64,000 nucleotides of DNA, taken from assembly GCF_009914755.1 (NCBI RefSeq), contig NC_060929.1, one strand, 5' to 3'. This document shows positions 1 to 21,626 of this stretch, piece by piece. The position numbers were made by a program, and so were the translations under genes. Each line of letters starts with the position of its first letter. Position 1 is the stretch's first letter. This DNA comes from the human T2T-CHM13v2.0 reference genome, Homo sapiens. The notes under the pieces are model-generated. The model saw nothing but the letters and a program-made list of their open reading frames with translations. It was not told where the DNA came from and did no database searches.

Positions 1-621
1 TGAAAGACAGCCAGTGTTTCTGGAATACAATAAATGAAAGAGAAAACTTAAGCCATTGTAGACTGCAGGAAAGAGGTAGATTTATTTCGAAGTGAAATAG
101 GGATATTCTTAAAGTTGTATGCAGGTAAATGATAGACTTTGTTTAAATTTTTGAAAGATGATTGTGGCTATTGTGTGAGGACTATATGAGAGCAACAGAA
201 GTGTGGCAGCTCATTAGGTGGTGTCAACGTTATTCTATGTGAAAGATCATGACGTTCTGTACCATATGATATCTGTGAATATGGAAGAGAAGAATAGAAA
301 AACCTTTGGGAGGCCTAATTTTCAGATCTGGCTGCTCGGTTGATATAAAGAATGAGGGGTGAAGAAAGAACAAGCATATGCCAAGAAAATGTTTTATAAA
401 TGACAGAGCTGGGATTTCTGCTTGGCTCTGTCTAATTTAATGTCCCATGTACTTTCACAGTGGTAGATATATTGGGAAGTGAAAGAAATTTAAGCCAGTA
501 TTCTTCATTTAATCAGGTCCCTACAAATGATTAGGGTGTTGTCATGGGCACAAACTTCTGTAAAAGGTGTAAAAGTTCACTGTCTTTCCTCTCAGACTCC
601 TCTTTCTTTCCAGTTCTCCTT

Positions 622-1165
622 ATGTTAGTTGTGGCCAAGACAGTTTTAATTCCCCTGAGTTTAAATAAACTTTAGACAGGCTTCCTCACTAACCTTCCAA
701 TCTCACTTTTCTTGTAGCAATGACTTAAAAAAAATTGTCGTTGTAAATTTTTTCCCAACCCATTTGAGATGTAAATCTTTTTAAAAGACTGCCAGTTTTA
801 CAACCCAGGAATGATTTTTTTCTTAAGGGCCTGGGAGCCATCTCTTTGAAATGTCATCATCAAGGAAGATAGACATGCCTATCTCTCATTCTCTGTGGCA
901 GGGAAACTAACTTTGGTGGACACTTTGCTTCAGGTTGTGAAACTACTTTCTGTCATGAAGAAATTAGAAAGTTTCCTTTTCTTTTAGGTCAGGACAATTA
1001 GCAAACACAGATGGCGTATGTTCTTTCCCACCTCAGCTCTTAAAAACTCTCCTGCCCTTTTGTTTCAAGGGAATTGAGTTCAGACTACATTCTAGTCTTT
1101 CCCCCAATTGCAAGATCCATGAATAAGCCTTCCTTACCTGTTTAACTTTGCCTAGTTTTATTTAG
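622..1165 (+). mobile_element. Probable ERV1-class solo LTR (MER34/MER39/MER31-like), degenerate
   Basis: TG start, motifs aaactttagacaggcttcct and cctgggagccatctctttgaaatgt, and a polyA-like aataag near 1122. Family assignment is from memory only. Confidence 0.4.
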
Positions 1166-1451
1166 TAGGGGGGGGATTTGGTGTAGGCACAGGTGTTTTG
1201 GGAACCCAACTGACGGGAAAAAAAGTTAGCGCTAGAATTAGTTTAGATGTAGTGCACATGTGTGTCATACTGCTGTTACTTCTGTGTTCAGTAATTGCTA
1301 ATAAGGTTTCACAGGCTAATAAGGGCAGCACTAATATTCAAGCATCAATTTGTTTGAAATTAATGCTAATGATCTTAACAATATACAAAATTATCTGTCT
1401 CATGTTTAGTGATCCATCAACAGGACTTTTAATTTAAAACCATTCTAGCTG

Positions 1452-1781
1452 GGCCAGGCACAGAGGCTCAGGGCTGTAATCCCAGCATTTTGGGAGGCAG
1501 GTGGGAGGATCACTTGAATCCCAGCAGGTGGGAGGAAAACTTGAAGGCGGGAGTTCAAGACCAGCCTGGGTAAGAAGATGGGACACCGCCCCCCACACCA
1601 CATCTCTACAAACAAAGTAAATAAATAAATAAATAAGCCAGGCACAGTGGCATTGCCTGTAGTCCCAGCTACTCAGGAAGCTGATGCAGAAGGATGTATT
1701 GGGCCTAGGAATTCCAGAATGCAGTAAGCTATGATCATGTCACTTCATTCCAGCCTGGAGCAGAGACAGAGTGAGACTTTG

Positions 1782-1828
<47 letters not shown>
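1452..1828 (+). mobile_element. AluJ-like element with internal duplication (~1497-1545) and a (TA)n tail
   Basis: ggccaggcacagaggctca...; gcaggtgggaggatcacttgaa is repeated as gcaggtgggaggaaaacttgaa; (TA)~21 at 1786-1828. Confidence 0.85.
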
Positions 1829-1829
<1 letters not shown>

Positions 1830-2129
1830 ATTTGATTCTTACTTATGTCCAGAATTTGTCACTATGAGCCATCTTTTTGTCTGGCTCTACATATATTTTC
1901 ATTCTGATTGCCCACTTCTATCTCACCCATACTTTTTAACCTCACTATTTTTCTCTACTTAGCTATGCCTGAGCACCTACATGTCTCCTTCATCTTATAA
2001 TGAATTGTCCAGTTACATTTTTACAGAGCCTTATTTTCTGGTTGAATACCACAAAATGCTGCTGCTGCTGATGAAACAAACAAAAACATTAACAAGAATT
2101 TAATCAACAAATGGTGGTCACACCAAAAA

Positions 2130-2650
2130 TTATTTAAGACAACACACTGCAAAAGGAAGTACAAAGTAAATAAGTTTTGAAATCTTAAAGTTTATACTAA
2201 AAGAAACTAAAAAGAGATTTTGACAAATTTAGAAACAATCCTAGAATTTGCATAGCATTTCCAATAACAAGATTGAAGCTGAAAGAAACCTTTCTAAACA
2301 TTAACTAATAATAAAGGTCTTCATCAACCATGCTAGAAGAAAGACTGAATTACATTTTGTATTTTTGTAGAGACAATGCTATTATACAATTGTCATCATA
2401 TGACATGGTAATCAGAAAAAATACAAACAAAATGTAAGAAAATGTATTATAGAGGTTGGTGAGAAAGTTAAATGGTGAAAATATGATTTTAAAAATATTT
2501 CTGGTGTTCAAAATTTGTAATTTTATAAAATTGGCTATTCATTTTGATTTATATAGTAATGTTTGGACTTAATGTGACAATTGCAATTTTGCCTTTTTGT
2601 TTTCTTACACAGAGGACACATCAAATTTTCTAACTTTCAAAACCTGATAC
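2130..2650 (+). mobile_element. Ancient hAT DNA transposon remnant (transposase C-terminal dimerisation region)
   Basis: Degenerate translation gives EAERN-(F)SK at ~2275-2298 and STMLEERLNYIL at 2324-2359, matching the hAT AERSFSKL...STMxxERL signature. Confidence 0.55.
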
Positions 2651-3956
2651 ACCTAAAGCAGGCTGTCTTAACGTCTCAGATAGAAGTTTTCTAAACATGT
2701 TTTCTTAAAGAAATAGGCAGTTTATTTAAAAAATGAAATAGGCTTCTGAGATTTCCACAGAAAATAATTTTAGTATTTTAATCTTGTATAACTGGTCAGA
2801 GAGGAGACATTATTTCAGGATCATTGGAAGTATGTCTGAGAAATATCAGAGAGGGTCAAATCATTGAAAAAATGATGTTAATTACCTGAGGATTTTGCAG
2901 CATGATGTAAAGCGAGGCTGGTGTATAAGATCAGGTCTGGAAGGCTGGACTCCAAATCTAAGATAAAAGTGTCAGTAAAAAAGATGAAATGTGAAGATGA
3001 GGGGAAGAAAACCAAAATAATGTATATAAAATTATTTACAGTTGAGGTCTGTTTGGGGGTTTAAACCTGTCAGGGGATACTATAATATTGCATATTAATG
3101 GCTCTTTTGTGACTTGTTAAAAATGGAGTTATTTGCAATACAAATAACTAAGGATTCCCAGAAGTTCAGAATGTAAAGAAAGTCCTTTAAGATGCTCAAA
3201 GCTGTGAAAGCAGTGCCTGTTAGGAAAAAATGTGCGAGTAAAATCATCACCTTCATAAGCTACATATGTCTTTAAAGTGCAAACATTTCTCAGGTTAGGT
3301 ATTTCTCTGTGACCCATTTTATTTGCATTTTGGGTGAGTTCACGGTGAAATAAGAAGGTTCTCAACGTTACTATCATCCTGGGTATTAACTGACCATCAG
3401 TCTGTTTGATCATGACGAAAACTAACACAACATTAAAATACAGTAATAATGATCATATTGAATGATCATTACTGAATGACTCTGAAAAGACTCGTTATAA
3501 CTATATTTAAGGAAGAAGAAATTTCCACAAGTTAAATTGTTCAGAGATCTGATTTTTTTTGTTTGTTTGTTTTCACTGTCTCTGACATCATGATGCCAAA
3601 TAAACAGTTTTTCTCAATTATTATTATATATAAAGTTTAAAAGCCAGTATAAATCATCCCATGCGTTCTTTTTATGTACAAAAAGTCTTTATGTGCATTA
3701 AATAGACATCTGGGTACTTGTGCTTTGATAGTTTAAACTTCTTTTTATGTTAATCGGAAAAAGAAATGTTAGTTTTTAAGAAATAATATTTAAAACATCA
3801 AAATCATTTAGCGTTTAGTATTACACTCCAATTTTCTTAGTTGAGGAAAGTCCTGTTTGATCTGAAGATTATATGTTGTCCCTGAACTTATTTCTGATTT
3901 TGTGATGAGCACTGCATTTTTTTGAGCATTTTAGAAAATCTTATAATGCACAAATA

Positions 3957-4033
3957 AGATCACTTGAGCCCAGGAGTTTGAGACCAGCCTGGGCAACATC
4001 ATAGGACTCCATTTCTACAAAACAAAACAAAAA
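3957..4033 (+). mobile_element. 5'-truncated Alu left-monomer fragment at the duplicon junction
   Basis: gatcacttgagcccaggagtttgagaccagcctgggcaaca begins abruptly after AT-rich DNA. Confidence 0.8.
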
Positions 4034-4132
4034 GCCTAGAACGGGAAGAGCTGCCTCTCGGGGCTGAGAACATCCAACTGCACCAATTTAGATCCTGAAA
4101 TTACCCTGCCCCACAAGCAAAAATCATGGTCA

Positions 4133-4932
<800 letters not shown>

Positions 4933-5207
4933 CAGGTTCCAACCCTGGAGTTACTAAATCAGGATCTCAGAATGCAGAGATCTGGCATTTCAAAAAAAAC
5001 TTCCCCTGGAGATTCTGATCAGCCAGGTTTGGGCCAGACGAACTCTAAGCTCACTTAAACCTTTGACATTTTATGAGTCTATTAAATCGAGTACAAAAAA
5101 TGCTGAGTCCAAACTGAGCAAAACAAATCCCATCTCCCTATGCCCAGCCTCCTTGGATTCAGAAAGCCACACTGCCTGGAGAGTAAGCAGAGAGAGAATT
5201 GTCATTA

Positions 5208-8391
<3,184 letters not shown>

Positions 8392-8515
8392 TATGGACGG
8401 CCCTCCCATTGGGCTGGGACAGGATGCTGATCTCCAATAGCACACGTCCACCACAGTCTGCCATCTGCCAGGGTCTCCTGCCTGATCCAGCCCAGGGCAG
8501 GCAGTGGGCACTGAC

Positions 8516-8661
8516 TTGAAGGAGTAGCCAGCAGATTCCAGGAAGGACGCAGGCTCGTTGGCCACAGACCACATCACGATGGCGGGTGGTTCTTGTCTCT
8601 TAGCACCGGTTCCTCCACCACCCACATATGGTGATGCATAGACACGTTGTTGAAGAGTTGC
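8516..8661 (-). pseudogene. GUSBP: GUSB exon 8 copy (146 nt), 1-nt deletion near 8585, acceptor AG absent
   Basis: [25 protein letters not shown], frameshift, then [21 protein letters not shown]; the acid/base NEP motif is retained. Preceded by ctg rather than cag; donor gtcagt. Confidence 0.92.
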
Positions 8662-8745
8662 CAGCGGGCCAGGAGGGAAGGGACAGAGGGTCACGGTGTG
8701 GCCCGAGGGCTGGCCAGGCAGAGCGGGTGCGCAGCAGGGACTCAT

Positions 8746-8924
8746 GGCAGCATCAGGCCCACAGCAGGACACTCATCGATGACCACAATCCCATACCGGT
8801 AACATATCTGCAGCATCTCCTCCGTGTAGGGATAGTGGCTGGTGCAGAAGGTGTTGGCGCCAAGCCAGCAAAGCAGGTTGAAGTCCTTCACCAGCAGCGG
8901 ACAGTCGAAGCCCTTCCCTTGGAT
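8746..8924 (-). pseudogene. GUSBP: GUSB exon 7 copy (179 nt), donor GT changed to AT
   Basis: [59 protein letters not shown]; tag|ATC acceptor; ends CTGCC|atgagt. Confidence 0.95.
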
Positions 8925-9168
8925 CTAGGGGACAGCAGAGCCGAGTGACCCCTGTCCCTGTCGAAGCGGCACTTCCTCTGAGAGCCAGGACCCTGGAGAA
9001 CCACCCCATGAGGTCCCCTCTCCAGCCCAAGCACCGGCTCCACCATGGGGTGGTTTGGAGCCATTTGCCTCATTGCCTTGAGCTGCCCTCAACTGCAGGA
9101 CACAGGGAAGGCTAAAGTGGAAGGTGACCAGAAGCAGCCCCCACGACGACCCAGGAGCCCCAACGCAC

Positions 9169-9317
9169 GTCCGCATCCTCATGCTTGTTGACGCCGTGGA
9201 AATAGAAAGGATTCCCGCTGATGAGGAACTGGCTCTCGGTGACGGCCACAGTGCGGAGCCCCACAGGGAGTGTGTAGAAGTCAAAGGCCCCAGTGACTTC
9301 TGTGCAGTCAGCCACAC
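9169..9317 (-). pseudogene. GUSBP: GUSB exon 6 copy (149 nt), frameshifting ~4-nt deletion near 9284
   Basis: [11 protein letters not shown], frameshift, then [38 protein letters not shown]; tag|GTG acceptor and GAC|gtgcgt donor. Confidence 0.95.
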
Positions 9318-9509
9318 CTACGACAGCCAAAGTGCCAGGTGTGAGCGCCCCGACAGCCTGAGCCCCATCTGGCCTGCCCTACAGCAGGAAGACCCCTCGT
9401 GCATGCACCCCAGCAGTCACCTCTGGGCCTGCAGAGAAGCAGCAATCAGAGGCTCTGCCCTTCACTGGCTGACCCTGGGACCTGCCCTTCAAAATCGGGC
9501 CTTCTCCTT

Positions 9510-10130
<621 letters not shown>

Positions 10131-10276
10131 ATCTGGGCCTCCCACCAAGGGTGGGAAACATCAGAAAGCTCAGAGGACCACACCTGCCCATTCACCTGTC
10201 CTGGGATCCTGCTGAAGCCAGGGCTACCAGATGGGGGCAAAAGACCTCCCTTAAGCAAGTCCCAAACCACCATTAC

Positions 10277-10464
10277 CTCCCACGAGTACAGGTAGGCGGG
10301 GTGTTCGTGCATCAGGTATGGCCACCAGAGGTTGGCACCCAGCACCTTCAGCTGGCCCTGGGTCCCAGCCTGGTTGTCCACGACCTTGTTTTCTGCATTC
10401 AAAAGACACACTTCCAACTTGAACTGGTTACTGCACTTGACGGAGATCTGGTAATTCACCAGCC
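10277..10464 (-). pseudogene. GUSBP: GUSB exon 5 copy (188 nt), open frame, intact splice sites
   Basis: [63 protein letters not shown]; cag|GGCTG acceptor and GAG|gtaatg donor. Confidence 0.96.
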
Positions 10465-10572
10465 CTGCAGGAGGCAAGAGAGACCAGGGCTTAGGGAGGG
10501 ACATGACCTGGGTCACACAAATGGGAATGCCCCACAATGACCACTTCCAGGCACTCTCATTTGCTTCTGTTG

Positions 10573-11184
<612 letters not shown>

Positions 11185-11699
11185 TAGATTAGATATATTA
11201 TTAATGAATTGCTTCCTTTAACACCCTATTCATTGAATTTTCCAGTAAACCACAATTACTAATTACTCCTGAAATCAGAAAAGAGGTTAAAAAGATTTTA
11301 TAACAGTATCCTATGAAATCTACTACTTTCAAGTAATAGTAGTTGAATTACCAAAACTCGTCACTCAAGCCAATGACTACAATTAAGATATCAGTAACAT
11401 TTCCTACATAAAGTCAATTAATTATATTTGCATCTGGGAAATACAGAAAGTACATATAAGCCATGATTTTGAAGTCAAAAGAGAGAGAATATTTGGCAAG
11501 GAGGGGTGAGTTATAGTATGTAATTATAACATATAGTAGTTTTTTGTGTGCTGGTAACTAATTTTAATTTCCTACATTTTTATGTAGATTTCTGCTATTC
11601 TTGTCCTATTTTCCTAATCATCTTTCTATATGGATGACTACATAAGTCTGAGAATACCAAAAGAGACAGACACAGAACCAATCGGATTCCTTTCTTCTT

Positions 11700-12020
11700 G
11701 AAGCTTCTGCACAGCAAAAGAAACTAGCAACAGAGTGAACAGACAACCTACAGAATGGGAGAAAATTTTTGCAACAATGCACGTGACAAAGATCTAATGT
11801 CCAACACTGATAAGGAACTTAAACAAATTTACAAGAAAAGACAAATCTCATTAGAAAGTGGGCAAAGGACATAAACAGACACTTCAAAAGAAGACACACA
11901 TGCGGCCAACCAGCATATGAAAAAAAGCTCAATATCACTGATCATTAGAGAAATGCAAATCAAAACCACAATGGTATACCATCTCACACCAGTCAGAATG
12001 GTTATTATTAAAAAGTCAAC
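11700..12020 (+). mobile_element. L1 ORF2 3' fragment
   Basis: aagcttctgcacagcaaaagaaac...gaaatgcaaatcaaaaccacaatg, typical L1 sequence. Confidence 0.85.
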
Positions 12021-12795
<775 letters not shown>

Positions 12796-12895
12796 AAATC
12801 CAAATAAAGTTTGGAGATTAATTAATAGTAACTGACTAATGTTAGTTTCTTAATTGTGACAAATGGACCATAAGATGTTAATCATAAGAAAAACT

Positions 12896-13209
<314 letters not shown>

Positions 13210-13908
13210 AAGAAAAACTGGGTGAAGTGTATGCATAAACTCTGTACTATCTTTGTAGCTTATCTATAAATTTAAAAATATTCTGAAATTTAAAAGTTTA
13301 CTAAATATTTTGAAATTGAAATAGAAATATCAAAGTGACCTTGTAATTTAAACATAGACACATATATGCATGAATACATACGCATCTATATTTTCTACCT
13401 CTTTCCATCAAAAGGTCAAAAGCAATGACATCCCAATATAAATGAGCATGCCTAGCAACCAGATTTGGTCTCTAAATACCATTCCCACAAAAAGAAAGAC
13501 AGGCTACTCGGCGAAGTACTGATTCCAGGACTTGGAAAGGAATGTAACAGGAAGCCTACATCATATTGTGCCAGAAACCAAGAAAGTTTTAAAGACTAAT
13601 AAGGTCATGTCAAAATTATACAGCAATCAACGACTCCTACTAGACAAATCTAGGACAATTTAAACATCAAAAAGAATAATGACTGCAATTGACTGAAACA
13701 TGAAAATTTAAAAATCGTAAAGACTGATACTCAAAAAAGAAAAAGAAATCATCACCAATAACAGAAACAACTCATTTATCACCACCAGCCCTTAAGCTAA
13801 AAATGGGCAATTAAAGAAAGATAACTAAGCTTTTATCCTGCCTCTTCAGTAGTAACTATATTTCAGGGTAACCAAATAACATCAGTTAATGAGGAAAAGT
13901 TTTTCTTT

Positions 13909-16384
13909 TTTTCTTTTTTAATTATACTTTTAAGTTCTAGGGTACATGTGCACAACGTGCAGGTTTGTTACATATGTGTATACCTGTGCCATGTTGGTGT
14001 GCTGCACCCATTAACTCGTCATTTACATTAGGTATATCTCCTAATGCTAACCCTCCCTCCTCCCCGCATCCCACGACAGGCCCCGGTGTGTCATGTTCCA
14101 CTTCCTGTGACCATGTGATCTCATTGTTCAATTCCCACCTATGAGTGAGAACATGCGGTGTTTGGTTTTCTGTTGTTGCGATAGTTTGCTGATAATGATG
14201 GTTTTCAGCTTCATCCATGTCCCTACAAACGACATGAACTCATCGTTTTTTATGGCTGCATAGTATTCCATGGTGTATATGTGCCACATTTTCTTAATCC
14301 AGTCTATCATTGATGGACATTTTGGTTGGTTCCAAGTCCTTGTTATTGCAAATAGTGCCACAATAAACATATGTGTGCATGTGTCTTTATAGCAGCATGA
14401 TTTATAATCCTTTGGGTATATAACCAGTAATGGGATGGCTGGATCAAATGGTATTTCTAGTTCTAGATCCTTGAAGAATCGCCACACTGACTTCCACAAT
14501 GGTTGAACTAGTTTACAGTCCCACCAACAGTGTAAAAGTGTTCCTATTTCTCCACATCCTCTCCAGCACTTGTTGTTTCCTGACTTTTTAATGATCTTCA
14601 TTCTAACTGGTGTGAGATGGTATCTCATTGTGGTTTTGATTTGCATTTCTCTGATGGCCAGTGATGATGAGCATTTTTTCATGTGTCTGTTGGCTGCATA
14701 AATGTCTTCTTTTGAGGAGCGCCTGTTCATATCCTTCACCCACTTTTTCATGGGGTTTTTTTTCTTGTAAATTTGTTTGAGTTCTTTGTAGGTTTTGGAT
14801 ATTAGCCCTTTGTCAGATGGGTAGGTTGCAAAAATTTCCTCCCATTCTGTAGGTTGCCTGTTCACTCTGATGATAGTTTCTTTTGCTGTGCTGAAGCTCT
14901 TGAGTTTAATTAGATCCCATTTGTCAATTTTGGCTTTTGTTGCCATTGCTTTTGGTGTTTTAGACATGAAGTCCTCGCCCGTGCCTATGTCCTGAATGGT
15001 ATTGCTTAGGTTTTCTTCTAGGGTTTTTATGGTTTTAGGTCTAACATTTAAATCTTTGATCCCTCTTGAATTAATTTTTGTATAAGGTATAAGAAAAGGA
15101 TCCGGTTTCAGCTTTCTACATATGGCTAGCCAGTTTTCCCAGCATCATTTATTAAATAGGGAATCCTTTCCCCATTTCTTGTTTTTGTCAGGTTTGTCAA
15201 AGATCAGATGGTTGTAGATGTGTGGTATTATTTCTGAGGCCTCTGTTCTGTTCCATTGGTCTATATCTCTGTTTTGGTACCAGTACCACGCTGTTTTGGT
15301 TACCGTAGCCTTGTAGTATAGTTTGAAGTCAGGTAGCGTGATGCCTCCAGCTTTGTTCTTTTGGCTTAGGATCGTCTTGGTGATGTGGGCTCTTTTTTGG
15401 TTCCATATGAACTTTAAAGTAGTTTTTTCCAATTCTGTGAAGAAAGTCATTGGTAGTTTGATGGGGATGGCATTGAATCTATAAACTACCTTGGGCAGTA
15501 TGGCCATTTTCATGATATTGATTCTTCCTATCCATGAGCATGGAATGTTCTTCCATTTCTTTGTGTCCTTTTTCATTTCGTTGAGCAGTGGTTTGTAGTT
15601 CTCCTTGAAGAGGTCCTTCACATACCTTGTAAGTTGCATTCCTAGGTATTTTATTCTCTTTGTAGCAACTGTGAATGGGAGTTCACTCATGATTTGGCTC
15701 TCTGTTTGTCTGTTATTGGTGTATAAGAATGCTTGTGATTTTTGCACAATGATTTTGTATCCTGAGACTTTGCTGAAGTTGCTTATCAGCTTAAAGAGTT
15801 TTGGGGCTGAGACAATGGGGTCTTCTAAATATACAATCATGTCATCTGCAAACAGGGACAATTTGAATTCCTCTTTTTCTAATTGAATATCCTCTATTTC
15901 TTTCTTCTGCCTGATTGCCTGGCCAGAACTTCCAACACTATGTTGAATAGGAGTGGTGAGAGAGGGCATCCCTGTCTTGTGCCAGTTTTCAAAGGGAATG
16001 CTTCCAGTTATTGCCCATTCAGTATGATATTGGCTGTGGGTTTCTCATAAATAGCTCTTATTATTTTGAGATATGTCCCATCAATACCTAATTTATTGAG
16101 AGTTTTTAGCATGAAGGGCTGTTGAATTTTGTCAAAGGCCTTTTCTGCATCTACTGAGATAATCAAGTGGTTTTTGTCTTTGGTTCTGTTTATATGCTGG
16201 ATTACATTTACTGATTTGCGTATGTTGAGCCAGCCTTGCATCCCAGGGATGAACCCCACTTGATCATGGTGGATAAACTTTTTGATGTGCTGCTGCATTT
16301 GGTTTGCCAGTATTTTATTGAGGATTTTGGCAGAGACACACAAAAAAAGAGAATTTTAGACCAATATCCCTAATGAACATCGAT
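13909..16384 (-). mobile_element. 5'-truncated, 5'-inverted L1PA (PA4/5-like), ~2.5 kb
   Basis: ORF2 RT/C-terminal ORFs at 14128-16343, 3'UTR and poly-T at the left end, inverted piece ~16329-16385, 16-bp TSD ggaaaagtttttcttt at 13893-13908 and 16385-16400. Confidence 0.95.
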
Positions 16385-16786
16385 GGAAAAGTTTTTCTTT
16401 AAGAAGATGCCAGGAAATAAAGGCAGATGAAATAACAGAATAGGAAAATCACCAATTTGTAGCCCTCGGTGACATAACCGATTCAGGAAGAAATCATCAA
16501 TGGACACTAAGCTCATTAAGTGAAAGAATGATGAGTATCTGGATAGTTACATAGTACCAAACTATCTCTCTACGAAGTTCTTGCCTATCTCAAGTATAAA
16601 ATATTAACTTTACAATGAAGGAATCAGACGTCACTACCTTAATCCAGGGATTTACCTTAATTTCTAGTCACTAACAGTGAAACAACTAGGCAATACTTGC
16701 CATCTGAAGTGATACAATATAATTCTGATAAAGCCTTTGATATTCCACAGGAAATATTGGAGAGGAGATAAAGAAACAAGTTAAGT

Positions 16787-17139
16787 CAGGAGTCCCCAAA
16801 GCCCAGGCCATGGACTGGTATCAGTCTATGGCCTGTTAGGAACCAGGTGCACAGCAGATGTTGGGAGAGTGAGCAAGCATTATCACCTGAGCTCCGGCTC
16901 CTGTCAGATCAACAATGGCATTCAATTCTCGTAGGAGTACGAACCCTACTGTGAAATGCACATGCGAGGGATCTCTAGGTTGCACAATCCATATTAGAAT
17001 CTAATGCCTGATGATCTGAGATAGAACAGTTTCATCCGGAAACCATCCCACCACCCCGACCTCCACGCTACCCCTAGTCCATGGAAAAATTGTCTTCCAC
17101 AAAACCAGGCACTGGTTCAAAAAAGATTGGGGACCGCTG
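16787..17139 (+). mobile_element. MER1B-like hAT-Charlie MITE
   Basis: Termini caggagtccccaa...ttggggaccgctg; near-TSD agttaagt/agttaaac. Confidence 0.8.
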
Positions 17140-17215
17140 AGTTAAACGATACCATAAGAAAGCAATATGCCAAAAGATCAGATATGGTCAAAAACAGAAA
17201 AGAGAGTGGCTTATG

Positions 17216-18296
<1,081 letters not shown>

Positions 18297-18494
18297 TAAA
18301 ATATAAGTTTATGAAACAAAAGAAATGTAAGGCTCATTTTACTTCATTTAAATTATGAAGGCAGTATACAGTCATATAAACATAATGTATTTTGATACAA
18401 ATCCTTGTAGATGGGATTCCAAAGCCAATAGCACTGTCTTCCAATGTGAAGATACTAAGTCAAATATGAAGATATTAAGTAAGTGAATGCATAC

Positions 18495-18628
18495 CACTCA
18501 CAGGGCTGAAGGGATTGAAATGCCTTAAAAGAAGCATCCATTCCAGCAAAATCCCAAAACTTAACATCAGAGTCATATCCTCCTGTCACCAAACGGGCAC
18601 CTGAGGGATCCAGACCCAAAGCAGACAC
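18495..18628 (-). pseudogene. WDR70P: Isolated WDR70-derived exon (134 nt, one WD40 repeat)
   Basis: Translates without stops as VSALGLDPSGARLVTGGYDSDVKFWDFAGMDASFKAFQSLQPCE, which I recognise as WDR70 (recalled as ...GGYDYDVKFWDFAGMDASFKAFRSLQPCE). Acceptor ttttaaaaccag|GTG, donor TG|gtatgc. No neighbouring WDR70 exons were recognised. Confidence 0.9.
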
Positions 18629-19247
18629 CTGGTTTTAAAAAAATAAAATAAAATGACTGGAGCAAAATGACATATGGTCAATTATAACCCCCATTTCTGT
18701 TCTTTAATCCCACCCCCTATGTTATAGGCCTTGGAAGCACAAACCACCAACTATTGTTACTTCTGAAAAGCGGGAATGGATGGTGCCTTCTATATTCTTA
18801 GACTTTGTTACTATATTAATTCTTTTGCAATAAAGAAAAATACTTTAAATCTATTTGACAATTTTGTCCCAAATCATCAACTATGTACTCAGAATAGCTA
18901 TCACTGCAATTCCGTAAGATAAACTAAGTTGCTTTAGTGTACAAGTAAAAATCTTACAAATAATTACAATAATTCAGCATTTTCAATATACAATCTAAGG
19001 AAAACTTTTAAGATAGTTTAATCATAACTGAATGAAAACCATATGAATCTGAAATTACCAAAATGAGTAACACCAAGGGAGCTTTAAGAAATCTATTTAA
19101 CAAAGTAGAACAAAGCAGAATTATCTGTCCCTTATGGTCAAATGGCTCGCTATATTCACCTTAAACAATTATTTTTAAAGCTGAATTTTTAAGTGACTAA
19201 TCACATAATAATAGTACTTATATTGGCTCCATAAAATATTTGCTTTC

Positions 19248-21626
<2,379 letters not shown>

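Noticed and set aside
14128-16343. Reverse-transcriptase ORFs as an active or novel RT system
   Set aside because: These are ordinary L1 ORF2 fragments broken by stops and frameshifts, with no 5'UTR, ORF1 or endonuclease domain.
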